DNA of 64,000 bases from the NCBI GenBank assembly GCA_052426225.1, contig JBNJNM010000009.1, positions 620,001 through 684,000 of the forward strand, given 5' to 3'. Position 1 is the first letter of the stretch, and each line of letters begins with the position of its first letter. The DNA comes from Zancudomyces culisetae HAW-14-8 (lineage: Eukaryota > Fungi > Kickxellomycota). This document shows, piece after piece, positions 24,201 to 35,898 of the stretch. Below the pieces are notes generated by a model. The model was not told the origin of the DNA and did no database searches. It was given only the letters and a program-made list of their open reading frames with translations. Position numbers and translations under genes: made by a program.

Positions 24201-25588
24201 AACACATAGCGGGTAGCACAAACCCAGCGGATATCTTATCACGTAATCCTTTAACCGTAGCAAACGAGGAACCCTTAGAAGTTTATTCAATTGATTTGGC
24301 ATGGTACGAAGCAATTAAACATTTTATCAGCACCTCAGAGTATCCACACAATGCAACACCGGAAATCAGGAATAAAGTAAGGAATAGAGCCAAACAAGTT
24401 TTAGTCAAAGGAGGGAAGCTTTATAAGAAAGTTGGACAACAGTACAAAGAATTATTACATGAAGTTAATGTTGAGTTAGAGGTGAGGAAAATACATGACG
24501 AATGTCATGAGGGCATTAGAAGTACACTGAGAAGAGTTACCGAAAAATACTGTGAAAGAGGGTTATTCAAAGTTGTTGAGAAGGTAGTAAAAACATGTAA
24601 TACATGTCAGTTTTATGATGGAGGAAAATCTAGAAAACATGAATTGGAACCGATTATAAGCTCAAGACCATTCGAAATTTTCGGCATAGACGCCGTGGGT
24701 CCTATTTCACCTGTAACAGAAAGTGGCAATAGGTACATTTTGACTGCAATAGATTATTGCACAAAATGGCCTGTAGCGGCAGCAGTCTCTAACATCACCA
24801 GTGAAACAATTATCAGCTTCATCATGAACCATATTATTCAGCATTATGGCATTCCGCAGCAGATAATAACCGATCGAGGCTCCGGCTTCGTAAGTGAGGC
24901 TACCACTAATGTATTCAATTGGTTAGGAGTTGAACACACTCCGAGTACCTCCTACCGACCGCAAAGTAACGGCCAGGTAGAGAGGTTAAACCAGACACTT
25001 AAGAATACTTTACGGAAACAATGTAGGACTGACATGAAAAATTGGGATCTTTTTCTTTGGAAATCATTATTGATAATAAGAACATTGGTATCCAAATCGA
25101 CTAAATATAGTCCAGCACAGTTACTATATGGAATTCAACCACAGTTATCAACAACATGGAAATATAATGGCGAGATAGAGAACGAAGAAGAGCTAGTCAA
25201 TTCTCGTATTTTAGCCATAAACGACCAATTACCCGAACTTAGAAAATTAGCTCACCAGCATAACCTAGTAGCAAAAAAGCGTGATGAAAAAAGCTATAAT
25301 AAGAGAGTAAAGATATTTAAATTTAATATTGGTAATACTGTACTTAGGTTAGTAGAAGGAGATAAGTTAAAGCTAGGCAAAACATGAGAAGGACCATACC
25401 AAATTACTAGGGAGTTAAACAAAGGGGTTTATGTAATTACTGATAACACAGGAAGGAGAGAACTGTGTAATGGAGACAGCCTGAAACTGTACCGCGAATT
25501 CGAGCACATGATTCCAGATGTAGGCCCACGACTGCAAACTCGACTTAGAAGATTCAAACAAATTCGCGACCCTTCAATTCGCGCTTAA
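21215..25588 (+). pseudogene. Gag-Pol polyprotein of E4 (single frame, one TGA at 25385-25387 in the WEGPY motif)
   Basis: The ATG at 21215 aligns with the sister Gag starts. CESCGIRGHNKYEC, IDTGA, FVDD, TDAS and integrase are present. The frame continues EGPY... to TAA at 25588, next to the PPT. Confidence 0.92.
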
Positions 25589-25602
25589 AGGGGGGGGAGA
25601 AC

Positions 25603-25991
25603 TGTCGCATCAAAGATCGACAGATGGGCGTCTCACTCGGGTTATAGCGAGTGAGATGTGATGATTTACCTAGTGCTTTTCACCTATGAGGTTTTTCACT
25701 ATGCGTAAATCATCATTTCCCAAATATTAATTAATTTCGGATGGTTTTTATATTATTCATAGTATTTTAATATATTAGTATATACGAAGAAAATGCATTT
25801 AAGCACTGCTTTTTCTCTTCTATGTTTTTAGCATCTTATTTTCGGATTAGTATTTAGTATACACTTTATTATAATAAAACAATATTAACAAAAGAACTAA
25901 GGTCCTACCGCTTACTGGTAGTAAATAAACATAATACTAGTGAAAGCAGTAAAGTCGGATAAGACCGACAAATGAAAAATAAATTTTGACA
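25603..25991 (+). repeat. 3' LTR of E4
   Basis: Direct repeat of 20668-21056, ending 8 nt before tRNA-Met. Confidence 0.97.
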
Positions 25992-25999
25992 AAACATGT

Positions 26000-26072
26000 G
26001 CTTTGGTGGCTTAGTCGGTAGAGCGTGAGTCTCATAATCTCAAGGTCGTGAGTTCGAGCCTCACCCAGAGCA
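26000..26072 (+). tRNA. tRNA-Met (elongator, anticodon CAT)
   Basis: 73 nt. Acceptor stem GCTTTGG/CCAGAGC, anticodon arm TGAGT-CT-CAT-AA-TCTCA with the T31:T39 mismatch typical of elongator Met, GTTCGA T-loop, and a T5 run at 26078-26082. Confidence 0.97.
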
Positions 26073-29000
26073 CTATATTTTTATAATTAATTATTTATTT
26101 TTTTATTCAGTGATATTATCCTATCTATTTTAAGCTAACGTGATTGCTGGGATTGGTAATTTCTGTTGTATTATATTATAGATATTATATGTTTTTTGTT
26201 ATGTTTTTTCACTAATGTGATGGCTGAGTTTGGTATAGCACTGATTATTACAGTTATATTCATGTCGCTGATCACATCTCTGGTTCTGATTGCCGCAATA
26301 GGAACGTTTTTAATAACTTTTATTATTATTATAATAATAATAAAACACTAAGTAAACTATATCAATATCAAGTGCCATTTCCTATTAGTAAGTAATTAAA
26401 ACTTATTTGTAAAGTATTATCTGTTAAGAAAGGCTAAAGATGCTATTTTTGTTGTCCGCTCTCGTTATTTTCGCTTTGTTATTCACTTTACTATCTTAGA
26501 TCGTTTTTACTATTTATTCTGCTAGCTCTCGTTGGTAGTTATCTTCTATTACGGAATCGTAATTGATTCGCTAGCAAAAAGTTTGTAGCCTTTATTCTAC
26601 AGAAGTACATCGATTTCAAACTTTATGCTAACGAATCAATTGCATTACATTCTGGTTTCAAAATCTAATGAGACCAAGCATATATAATTATTTTCGATCG
26701 AGGTCATTTTCGTTTCGTAGCATAACGGCCTTCGAATTTAATGAAGATTTGAATTCGACAAGAGATAATTTAATCCATATACAAGTTTAGGAATAACTTT
26801 AAGTTAATTACATTTGATACTTTAATTTAGACACAAAAAGGTGTATATAATCGAACAAGAGCACTATAATATTCCCTTGATTTTCGTATATATATGAGTA
26901 CTATTAGTCTACATTAACTATAATATGTGATCAATATTCAATATGTATAAGAACTATAAAGTCAACTTATAATATTGCTTCAAACATTAAAGCTATTTAT
27001 AATAATTTTTTTGGTTAGTTTTTATTATTTTTTGTGATAAACACGTACTATCGACATACAATTGACATTTATTGCACCGTTAGCCTTTTCGTTGGATAAT
27101 TAATTCACATAGCGTTTTCAACAAATAATGATTACAATAATACATAGAAATTAGTAAACTTTACTTTATGTTTATTAATATCATAACGATATTAAAACTA
27201 GTAAACACATTCATAATCAGCAAACATCACTATTTAGATGATTCAAAATTTGATATAATTGAGATAACTGTACTATACCACACTATCCAGTCACTTTAGC
27301 CGAAAAATAATCAGATTAGTAATTGCATAATCTATATTAAAATGTTTATTTTTATCCACTAATTAAATAAGCATATTTATATACTTATATTATTATTTGG
27401 CTGTCTAAACTAAAAAGTGTTTATACAAAAACTTTATATGAGTTTCTTAATAGATATACGTCTACAATTTACTTATAGCACTACTTATCCGCTTCTTTCC
27501 AGTAAAATAAGTTTTTATTGTTGTAATTAAAGATATAATTTATATAGCAGTTAAGAAGGAATAATTTCGCTTATTACTCTATTATTTGCTATATTTAGCA
27601 TTTTTTTGAAAAAGTGGTCTTGTTTTTTTTTCTAGTATCTCAAATTCGTTAAAATGATGTTGTTTTTTATTTTATTTTGTCAATCCTTAAAATCAATTTT
27701 AATGTTAGAAATTGTTCTACACTTTATCACATTATTACCACAAGGAACAAAAAAATACTTTAAAAGTATACACTTAATGACTACGAGATAGTTTTGCTTA
27801 ATATTAATAGAATCAGTAGTAGTTTTCCCTGTAATTATTAAAGCATTGTTAACATAATATCATTAAATTGTATTATCATACAATGAAGCGAATTAATCAG
27901 CTAAAAGTAGTACTTCACCCATCAACTTGGATCATTATTATTTTTTATTTTCCAATTATGCTGCTAATTTAGATAATTCAGTAATTATGTATACTTTAGT
28001 GGGTAAAGTATTAAATATAAAATAAGTGAAATTTGAATTATTCTTATACTACTAATAATTTCAAAATACTACCGATTCTTAGTTAATAAATGTTTAAACT
28101 TTTTTTGTGGCCTTTAGTTTATAAATTCGTATATATAAAGATTAAATTATAATTGTTATTCGTATTAATTAATAATTCATATTCTAATTAGAATTACTAT
28201 AAAGCCTTTTCATATTTACTTTGTATGGAGTTTTATTGCCGACTATACTGGAGAAACTATACTAAATATAAATACATCCTTGATTAACATTGGATTTTGA
28301 TATGCAGAAAAGCAAGTTAATACTTACAAAGTTTGAAAACCATTTATACAATTGATAGATATGGTTAAAATAGTATAACATGAACCAGAGTTGGTACAAC
28401 AAGAGTAATTCAAATTATAAGCTTTTATTTTTATAGATATTCCTATATTATTTAATGTTAATGTGAGTAGACCTTATTATTCAGAAAATAATTTCTATAT
28501 ACGGGACAGGTTTATGATAAGCATGATAAGGCCAAGGTTAAGGACAGTTAAAAAGTATAATATCTGTATTCAAAAATTCACCATGACTGGTATTTTTGTT
28601 CACGAGGTCATTTCAATGATTTAGGCTACATGGTATGTGGACTCCCTTAATTGACTTGTCCATTTTTATTAGTTCCCTTATTCGAAAGTGTAAGAATATC
28701 AACTAGCAGAAAGATATTCTGATTAATTTAAACTCGATCTACACTAATTGTCATTATGGGCAATGAACTATCATAGTTATGTATACACGTTGGTTTATTG
28801 TATTTATTGTTAGAAGGATATAAAGAAACGGTATAAGCTTTTAGCAATGTATTTTGCTCGATATAATTTAGAGTTTGCAGTATTATAATTCTTAAATTGC
28901 AATAAAATAACTTGATGTGTAATGGAGCGCTTATAATCGTAAATTGAACAGTAGAGTATAAAAATAGATTTAGTGGCCAGATATGGAATGGTTAAAAGGG

Positions 29001-29678
29001 AGGGAGGGTAATCATGCTAAAATGATTTGATATACTGTTGTTCACCTTTCCTGAGGAATAGTAAAGTTTGTTTTCCTCTCAACTTATACTCACGTGATTG
29101 ACATTTTTATCAGCAGGTACTTGGCATGAGTAATAAATCATCAGGTGACGGCTAGTTTAATGCATATTTAAGGATGATGATTAAGGATAAAATAAAATGT
29201 GGGGTGGTGGGGGGAGGATTTACCAGAGCTTGGTTTTAGAATGGTAAAATTGGCAACGTGGCAGCAGCGGGTTTGATGCTCTGGTTTGATTGGGGTTAAA
29301 TAATTGGGTCGCAAATACTCCTGGTAACTAAAAGCAGTTCATTGGGTAGGAGATTAAAAAATTGGGGATGTGGGAATTGGGGGGAAGGGAGGGAGAGAGG
29401 AATGAGGGGAGGAAAGGATGAAGCTGCAAGTGAAATTTTTGTAATCGTATCTAATTCGTCGAAGTCACTATGGGTTGGTAATTATCATTACATTATTAAC
29501 CAGGCAAAGTTCTTTGATTATAGTAATTTCCATTCCCGCAAAAGCCAAAAGCGGTCAGGTTGAAAATACCCTGTTTTATAGTGTTTATTAATTAATCGTG
29601 ATTGTCAACTATTCCAAAATATCACGTAATAGCGTGGAAAAGTCGGTAGTAGGTAGTGGGTAGTGGGTAGTGGGTAGG

Positions 29679-29728
29679 GAGAAGGAGAAGGAGAAGGAGA
29701 AGGAGAAGGAGAAGGAGAAGGAGAAGGA
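29679..29728 (+). repeat. (GAGAAG)n microsatellite
   Basis: About 8 tandem hexamer copies, preceded by (GTAGTGG)n. Confidence 0.9.
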
Positions 29729-31654
29729 GTTTAGGAGAGTGTTTAGGAATGTGCATGATGGAAAAAAGATTCGGATGGCGATTATATGTGTGAATGTGCA
29801 TGTATGTGTGTATGTTGAATAAATCGTGGATAATAACTTAGAGTGACTAATATGTGCATTTATATTTGTTATTAGCAACATCATTTTGCGAAATGTGAAA
29901 ATGTTCATAGAACAAAAATACGGACAAACTGTCGAAAAGGAAAACCGATATGCGACAAAACTAGTCGGGTTAGGGCGCTTACATTGTATGGGTGTTTTGA
30001 AAAAAACCAAGCTAGTTTGTTATAAAAAATCAAGCAAAAAATAATACAAATGACAATAGTTACAATAATAACACCAAAAAGAACGAGATAAACATCTGCA
30101 TGATTTATAGTTTTGTACTTTTTTCACTTTTGGGATTTTGAACCAGATAGCTAAAGTTGAAGTAGAAATAATGATAAAAGCCTGGTGAATAAACTAAAAA
30201 ATAATAATAAACTTTAAAAACAGGCGATGATTTTGTATTTTTGAAAAGTGGGGTTTGTCGAAAATTAACTAGATTGTTTGGAGTCAATTTATATTAACGG
30301 CATGTAAAAACAGCAAGTTAAAATGAGCGTGAAAATAAAAAAAGGGCCTAGAATAAAGTAATTGTTGCGTTAGTGTGAGGAGGTGGATGGAGGTGAAGAG
30401 GAGGGTGGTGGATGTGAATGGGAATGGAAATAGGAGGACATGGGAGGAAGTGGGAGGTAGGAGGCGAGAAGTGGTGGTTTGCAAATATTTAATAGCTCAA
30501 TAGAGGACAAAATGGAATACCAGAAAAATTCTTGGTAAATTGTGGGAGAACAAACTAAAATCTTTGCCCAAAAAGAAGCAGTGTTGAATTGCCCATTAAT
30601 TTTTATGGTAAAAATAAATGCAAATAGATGAGAGAGTAAACAGGAGGTAAAGTGGAAGCAGCTTGGATTTGTTATGCAAAGTAATGCAAGTTCAAAAAAA
30701 AAAGTACAAAGCAAGCAAGAAACAGAGTTGATTATGCAGGGTTTAAAGGTAAAAAGTGAGCGGGGAGGATAAGAGATAATGATGGGTCAAATAGAAAATA
30801 AAGCGAAATGGAACATGAAAAAAAATTTTTTTATATTGTAGTCTGGAATTTATGCGTTTTGGACAAATTTTTATAGTGATATTTTCGAAATATGAACAAT
30901 TTTGAATGTTTTGAAATATTGGTAATAGATTAAAATATCCACCAAAACTAATGGAATTAACGTAATATAAAGAAATGCGTTTTAAAGGGAGGAGAAAGTC
31001 GAGGTTCAAAAAAAAAGTAAAGTAAGCACAAAAAAATTTTTCCTAAAGTTTAAATTGAAAAAATTAAAGCGGGAGGAAAAAGAAAAAGAAAATACTATAT
31101 AATATATTGTTTTATCTAGAAATAAACGAGATTGAGTCAGTGCGATAACTGGGTCAAGTTAAAACATAAAGGTAACTCAGCAATATTTACAAGTCTATTT
31201 GAGATTAGCAGTCTGGGGATTAAGGGCAAGACAAAATAAAAGAGGAGAAAAAGTAGATACAGTTTAGTAAATTCAAAACACTAGACAAATTCAATCGACA
31301 ACTAAAAAATAGAAAACAAGAGAGAGAGAGTAGGACTGGACGAATTAAAAAAAAAGAATTCAACCTACAAGCACAAAAAAATAATAACAAAAGGAGAGAA
31401 AAAGGGGCACCAACAAGATATTCTTTTAGAAAACTTCAATAAAACAAACAAACAGTGATACATAAAATTGGGCAACGTAAATAAAATTATAAAACTGGTG
31501 TGGCAATTAACCCATATATTGCCAACAAGTTACAAACCGCCTTAGAAGTAGATCTTTTAGAGAGAAAAGAGATAAATTGTAAAGAGGCGAGCTATAGAGT
31601 AATAGACAATATTCAAAAAAAAAAGGTAAGGTAAGGAAACAAGAAAAGTGAAAA

Positions 31655-32419
31655 ATGGCAATATCATCATACCAGAATATGGGCGGCGCGATTCGAAAGC
31701 CAATTGGCAAGACAGGGAGCCAGTTGGCAAATTCATTTTCGCTGATAGAAGTAAATGGGCATTTCCGGTTTTTGATAATGGATTGTCCGACGGACAGCAC
31801 AATATCACTGTATTTGAAGGAGTTTTCGCGGCTGAATGTGACAGATGTGGTACGAGTGTGCGAGCCGACGTATAATAGTGCGAAGCTGCAGGCGTGCGGG
31901 ATAAACGTGATGGATCTTCCATTTAAGGATGGAGAGGCACCACCACCGGGGATTATCAAGGAGTGGTTGCATTTGGTGTACCAGCGCGAGGCGGAGGCAG
32001 CGAAGCGACTGGAGCAGAATCCTATGCCGACAACGATAGCAGTGCATTGTGTGGCAGGGTTGGGGCGAGCGCCGGCACTGGTGGCAGTGGCGCTGGTGGA
32101 TTTTGGGCGAGACCCGGTAGAGGTGATAGAGAGTATTCGGCGGAAGCGACGAGGCGCGTTTAACAAGACGCAAATTACATTTTTGGTGGAGCAGTACAAG
32201 CGGTCGTCGGCAGGACGCGGGCGGATGGCGGCGCACAGCAAGACGCTGGGGTTGGTGACGGGAGGAGCTAATGGGGCAGCAGGAGGAGGAGGGAGTACGA
32301 ATGTTAGTCCAAGCTCGTCTACAGCAGCGAATGCGGGAGGGAGTGGGGGTGCGGGTAGTGGGCAAAAGGAGTCTAAATCGTTTTTTAAAAAGATGTTTGG
32401 GGGCGGCAGCTCACATTGA
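31655..32419 (+). CDS. PRL/PTP4A-like protein tyrosine phosphatase
   Basis: P-loop HCVAGLGRAP, VVRVCEPTY, LPFKDG and IRRKRRGAFN are all PRL-family motifs. Confidence 0.9.
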   Translation: MAISSYQNMGGAIRKPIGKTGSQLANSFSLIEVNGHFRFLIMDCPTDSTISLYLKEFSRLNVTDVVRVCEPTYNSAKLQACGINVMDLPFKDGEAPPPGIIKEWLHLVYQREAEAAKRLEQNPMPTTIAVHCVAGLGRAPALVAVALVDFGRDPVEVIESIRRKRRGAFNKTQITFLVEQYKRSSAGRGRMAAHSKTLGLVTGGANGAAGGGGSTNVSPSSSTAANAGGSGGAGSGQKESKSFFKKMFGGGSSH

Positions 32420-33289
32420 CTAGCCGGAATGGTTTTTTTAATATTTAGTTATATAGTAAATAGTAGTCAGACGAGAAAATATGATGAATATAGCAATGAT
32501 AAATCGGAGAATAAAATAGTTAGCCTTACATTTGTATATACAAATAAAAAAGTCAATAATAAAGCTAGAGTTGCATCTTTTTTTTTTTATTTTTTTTTAT
32601 TTTTGTTATTTTTGCAGATATTATTCTTTGTTTGCAAGAATTACAAATTGGTAAATGTTGAGGGATAATTTGGCTGTTTATTCTGGTATTTTTTTTTAGT
32701 AATTTGGAAACCAAAATTTGGTTTTTATTTAGAAAAAAGTAGACTGTAAGGAGGGGATTTAGTCAGAATTTGGCAGGATAGGGTAGGAGGAATTGAAATA
32801 CAAAGTAAAAAAATTTAGCAGATGGATTAGTAATTGTAATATTAAGTAAAATAAAATAAAATGTAATAAAATATAATATAAAGCGCAGTTATGTATAATT
32901 ATAATAAGCATTTGTCTTTCAACTAATATTAATTGTGAAAATTAAAAAGAAAAGAAGAGAAAAGACATTTGCTTGCTTGTAATTAATAGAAAAACAATAT
33001 ATAAAAAGGAATAACAAACAAAAGAAAAAGAAAAAGAAATAAAAGAAAAAGAAAAAGAAATAAAAGAAAAAGAAAAAGAAATAAAAGAAAAAGAAAAAGA
33101 AATGAATGATAGAAACAGGTTCGAGATAAAGAAAAGGAGTTTTTCAGATATGCAAGGCAAGTTTAAAATTAAACATAGATTTTTAAAAGATTGAGATAGA
33201 GGTAGAGGTCAAAAGTTTAGCATTCAAAAAAAGAGTAAAAGTAAAAAACAAAATTTAAAAAAATAATAGAAGATAGAGGCAAGAATCAA

Positions 33290-35890
33290 ATGAGGGGTAA
33301 CAACACAAGAGTAGAAGATAATAGAATGAAAAGGCGGGAATATACAACGTTGCGGATACGGCTAACAAGCACAAAAATACCAAATTTGCGAGATCGGACA
33401 GCACTTCCGGCAGAAATACGGGCGCGGGTAGAGAGGCGGCGGCAGGAGGCTAGGGAGCGGCAGGAGAGGGAGCGGGAGTTGGTGGAGATTCGGCGGGCGC
33501 AGCAGGATGTGGAACAAGGGTTGGTGCCACGGGCGGCACGGCTGGATTTTGCGGGGGAGGGGGAAGGGGAGGGAGGGGTACAAGGAGAGGATGCGGTAGT
33601 AGGAAGGGGAATGAGCAGAGGAATGGGGATGGGGATGGGGATGGGAATGACAACGGGGGAGGAAGGGTATGATATGGTGCGTATACCACGGCGTGATGAG
33701 GTGAGTGGGTTGTTTGAGAAGGGGGATTATATATACTTGAAGTTGAAACGCGACCATAGTACGCGGCCATTGTGGATATGTCCAGGGTCGGCACAGATAA
33801 TCTTGGAGGCGTTTTCGCCAATAGCGGCGCAGGCGATAGATTTTCTGATAGCAATTAGCGAGCCAATCAGTCGGCCCAAGTATGTACATGAGTATAAGCT
33901 GACGCCGTACAGTTTGTATGCGGCGGTATCTGTGGGGTTGGAGACGAGCGATATATTGGAGGTGTTGGATCGGTTGTCGAAGGTGCCGATACCAGAGGAT
34001 GTGGTGCGAGCAATCAAACAGTGTACGGTGTCATACGGCAAAGTGAAGCAGGTATTGAAACATAACCGGTATTTTGTGGAGTCAAGCCATGCGGATATAT
34101 TGCAGAGGTTGTTGAAGGATCCGATTATTAATGGAAGTAAAGTAGGAGACGTGGAGGAAATGAAGGAAGGAGGTAAAATGATGATAGAAAGAAAAGGAGA
34201 GGAGGTAAAAAAAGTAGAAGCGGAAGTGGAAGTGAAAGAGGAGGAGATTATAAAGGAAGAAATAAAACAAGTAGAAGAAGATGAAGAGGAGGAGGAGGAG
34301 GAAGAAGAAAAAGTATATGCGTTTGAAATCAATGCGTCACAAGTAGAGGTGGTGAAGAAGCGATGTAATGAGATGGATTATCCAATGTTGGAGGAGTACG
34401 ATTTCCGCAACGACACAATCAATGCGAATCTAGAGATAGATTTGAAGCCGATTACGGTGATTCGGCCGTACCAAGAGACATCGCTGGCCAAGATGTTTGG
34501 AAATGGGCGGGCACGTAGCGGGATTATAGTGTTGCCGTGTGGAGCAGGCAAGACGTTGGTGGGGATAACGGCGGCGTGTACGATTAAGAAGAGCGTGTTG
34601 TGTTTGTGTACGAGTGCGGTGAGTGCGATGCAGTGGAAGCAGCAGTTTCTGCAGTGGAGTACGGTGAAGGAGCATCAGATAGCGGTGTTTACGTCGGATG
34701 TGAAGCAGCGGTTTGTGGGGGAGTCGGGGGTCGTGATAAGTACGTTTTCGATGGTGGCGAACACACGCAAGCGGTCGTACGAGGCGCAGAAGATGATGGA
34801 TTTCCTGCACAGTCGGGAGTGGGGGTTTTTGTTGCTGGATGAAGTGCATGTGGTTCCAGCAAATATGTTTAGACGAGTGGTGACGACGATTGCAGCACAT
34901 ACAAAGTTGGGGTTGACAGCGACGCTTGTTCGAGAAGACGACAAGATTGACGACTTGAACTTTTTGATTGGCCCGAAGCTGTATGAAGCCAACTGGATGG
35001 ATTTGGCGGCACGGGGGCATATAGCGTCGGTTCAGTGTGCGGAGGTTTGGTGTGACATGCCGCCCGCGTTTTATGCTGAATATTTGCGCGAAAAGTCTCG
35101 CAAGCGGTTGTTGTTGTATGTAATGAATCCTACGAAATTCCAAATGTGTCAGTATTTAATCAGCTACCACACAACTCGAGGAGACAAGATTATTGTGTTT
35201 ATCGATAATGTGTATGCGCTCAAAGCCTATGCCCACAAACTCAAGCTGCCGTACATCTACGGAGGCACTCCTCAGCAAGAGCGTATGCGGATTCTGCAGC
35301 AGTTCCAGCACAACCCGCTGCTCAACTGTATCTTTTTGTCCAAGGTTGGCGACACTTCGATTGATTTGCCCGAAGCCACGTGTCTTATCCAAGTCTCTTC
35401 GCACTACGGCTCGCGACGACAAGAGGCCCAGAGACTCGGGCGCATTCTTCGAGCCAAGCGTCGTGCGGACGATGGTTTCAATGCGTATTTCTATTCGCTG
35501 GTTAGTAAAGACACCATCGAGATGTTTTATTCGACCAAGCGACAGCAGTTTTTGGTTGACCAAGGTTACTCGTTCAAGGTGATTACGCGGCTTGATGGAA
35601 TGGAATCTCTTCCCGACTTGGTGTATAATGACCGCGACAGTCAGCAGGAGCTGCTCAATACGCTGCTGATGGTCAATGAGTCGGCTGCGTCTATCGAGCG
35701 GCAGCATGACGACAACAACAATGAGGATGGAGACGATGAGTCAATGCATGTCTCCAGATCCAAACTCAGCGATCTTACTGGTGTTGACAAAATGGCCTAT
35801 TTGGAATACAAGGACTCTTCTGCGCTTCGAACTAAAATGAAACGCCATGCTTTATTCAAAAAACTTTTACCGTCCAAACAAAAATCCTAA
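33290..35890 (+). CDS. SSL2: TFIIH helicase/translocase XPB (Ssl2/Rad25)
   Basis: [62 protein letters not shown] short upstream exon (33102-33156) is possible. Confidence 0.97.
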   Translation: MRGNNTRVEDNRMKRREYTTLRIRLTSTKIPNLRDRTALPAEIRARVERRRQEARERQERERELVEIRRAQQDVEQGLVPRAARLDFAGEGEGEGGVQGEDAVVGRGMSRGMGMGMGMGMTTGEEGYDMVRIPRRDEVSGLFEKGDYIYLKLKRDHSTRPLWICPGSAQIILEAFSPIAAQAIDFLIAISEPISRPKYVHEYKLTPYSLYAAVSVGLETSDILEVLDRLSKVPIPEDVVRAIKQCTVSYGKVKQVLKHNRYFVESSHADILQRLLKDPIINGSKVGDVEEMKEGGKMMIERKGEEVKKVEAEVEVKEEEIIKEEIKQVEEDEEEEEEEEEKVYAFEINASQVEVVKKRCNEMDYPMLEEYDFRNDTINANLEIDLKPITVIRPYQETSLAKMFGNGRARSGIIVLPCGAGKTLVGITAACTIKKSVLCLCTSAVSAMQWKQQFLQWSTVKEHQIAVFTSDVKQRFVGESGVVISTFSMVANTRKRSYEAQKMMDFLHSREWGFLLLDEVHVVPANMFRRVVTTIAAHTKLGLTATLVREDDKIDDLNFLIGPKLYEANWMDLAARGHIASVQCAEVWCDMPPAFYAEYLREKSRKRLLLYVMNPTKFQMCQYLISYHTTRGDKIIVFIDNVYALKAYAHKLKLPYIYGGTPQQERMRILQQFQHNPLLNCIFLSKVGDTSIDLPEATCLIQVSSHYGSRRQEAQRLGRILRAKRRADDGFNAYFYSLVSKDTIEMFYSTKRQQFLVDQGYSFKVITRLDGMESLPDLVYNDRDSQQELLNTLLMVNESAASIERQHDDNNNEDGDDESMHVSRSKLSDLTGVDKMAYLEYKDSSALRTKMKRHALFKKLLPSKQKS

Positions 35891-35898
35891 GCTGAATT

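Larger units (their letters stand above)
20668..25991 (+). mobile_element. Ty3/Gypsy LTR retrotransposon E4 (full length, youngest-looking, tRNA-Pro-type PBS)
   Basis: 389-bp LTRs at 20668-21056 and 25603-25991 with 6 differences. TSD AAAC/AAAC, PBS at 21058-21075, PPT AAAGGGGGGGGAGAA. Confidence 0.97.

Noticed and set aside
6063-25387. TGA read as Trp (or Sec), since four gag-pol stops (6063, 14665, 16569, 25385) are TGA at Trp positions
   Set aside because: The positions differ between elements, TAA stops and frameshifts also occur, and the host PRL gene ends in TGA. TGG>TGA is a single transition expected in decaying copies.
26080-31500. Short ORFs and possible decayed coding sequence downstream of tRNA-Met
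   Set aside because: AT-rich or simple-repeat sequence. No motif, terminal repeat or frame could be supported.
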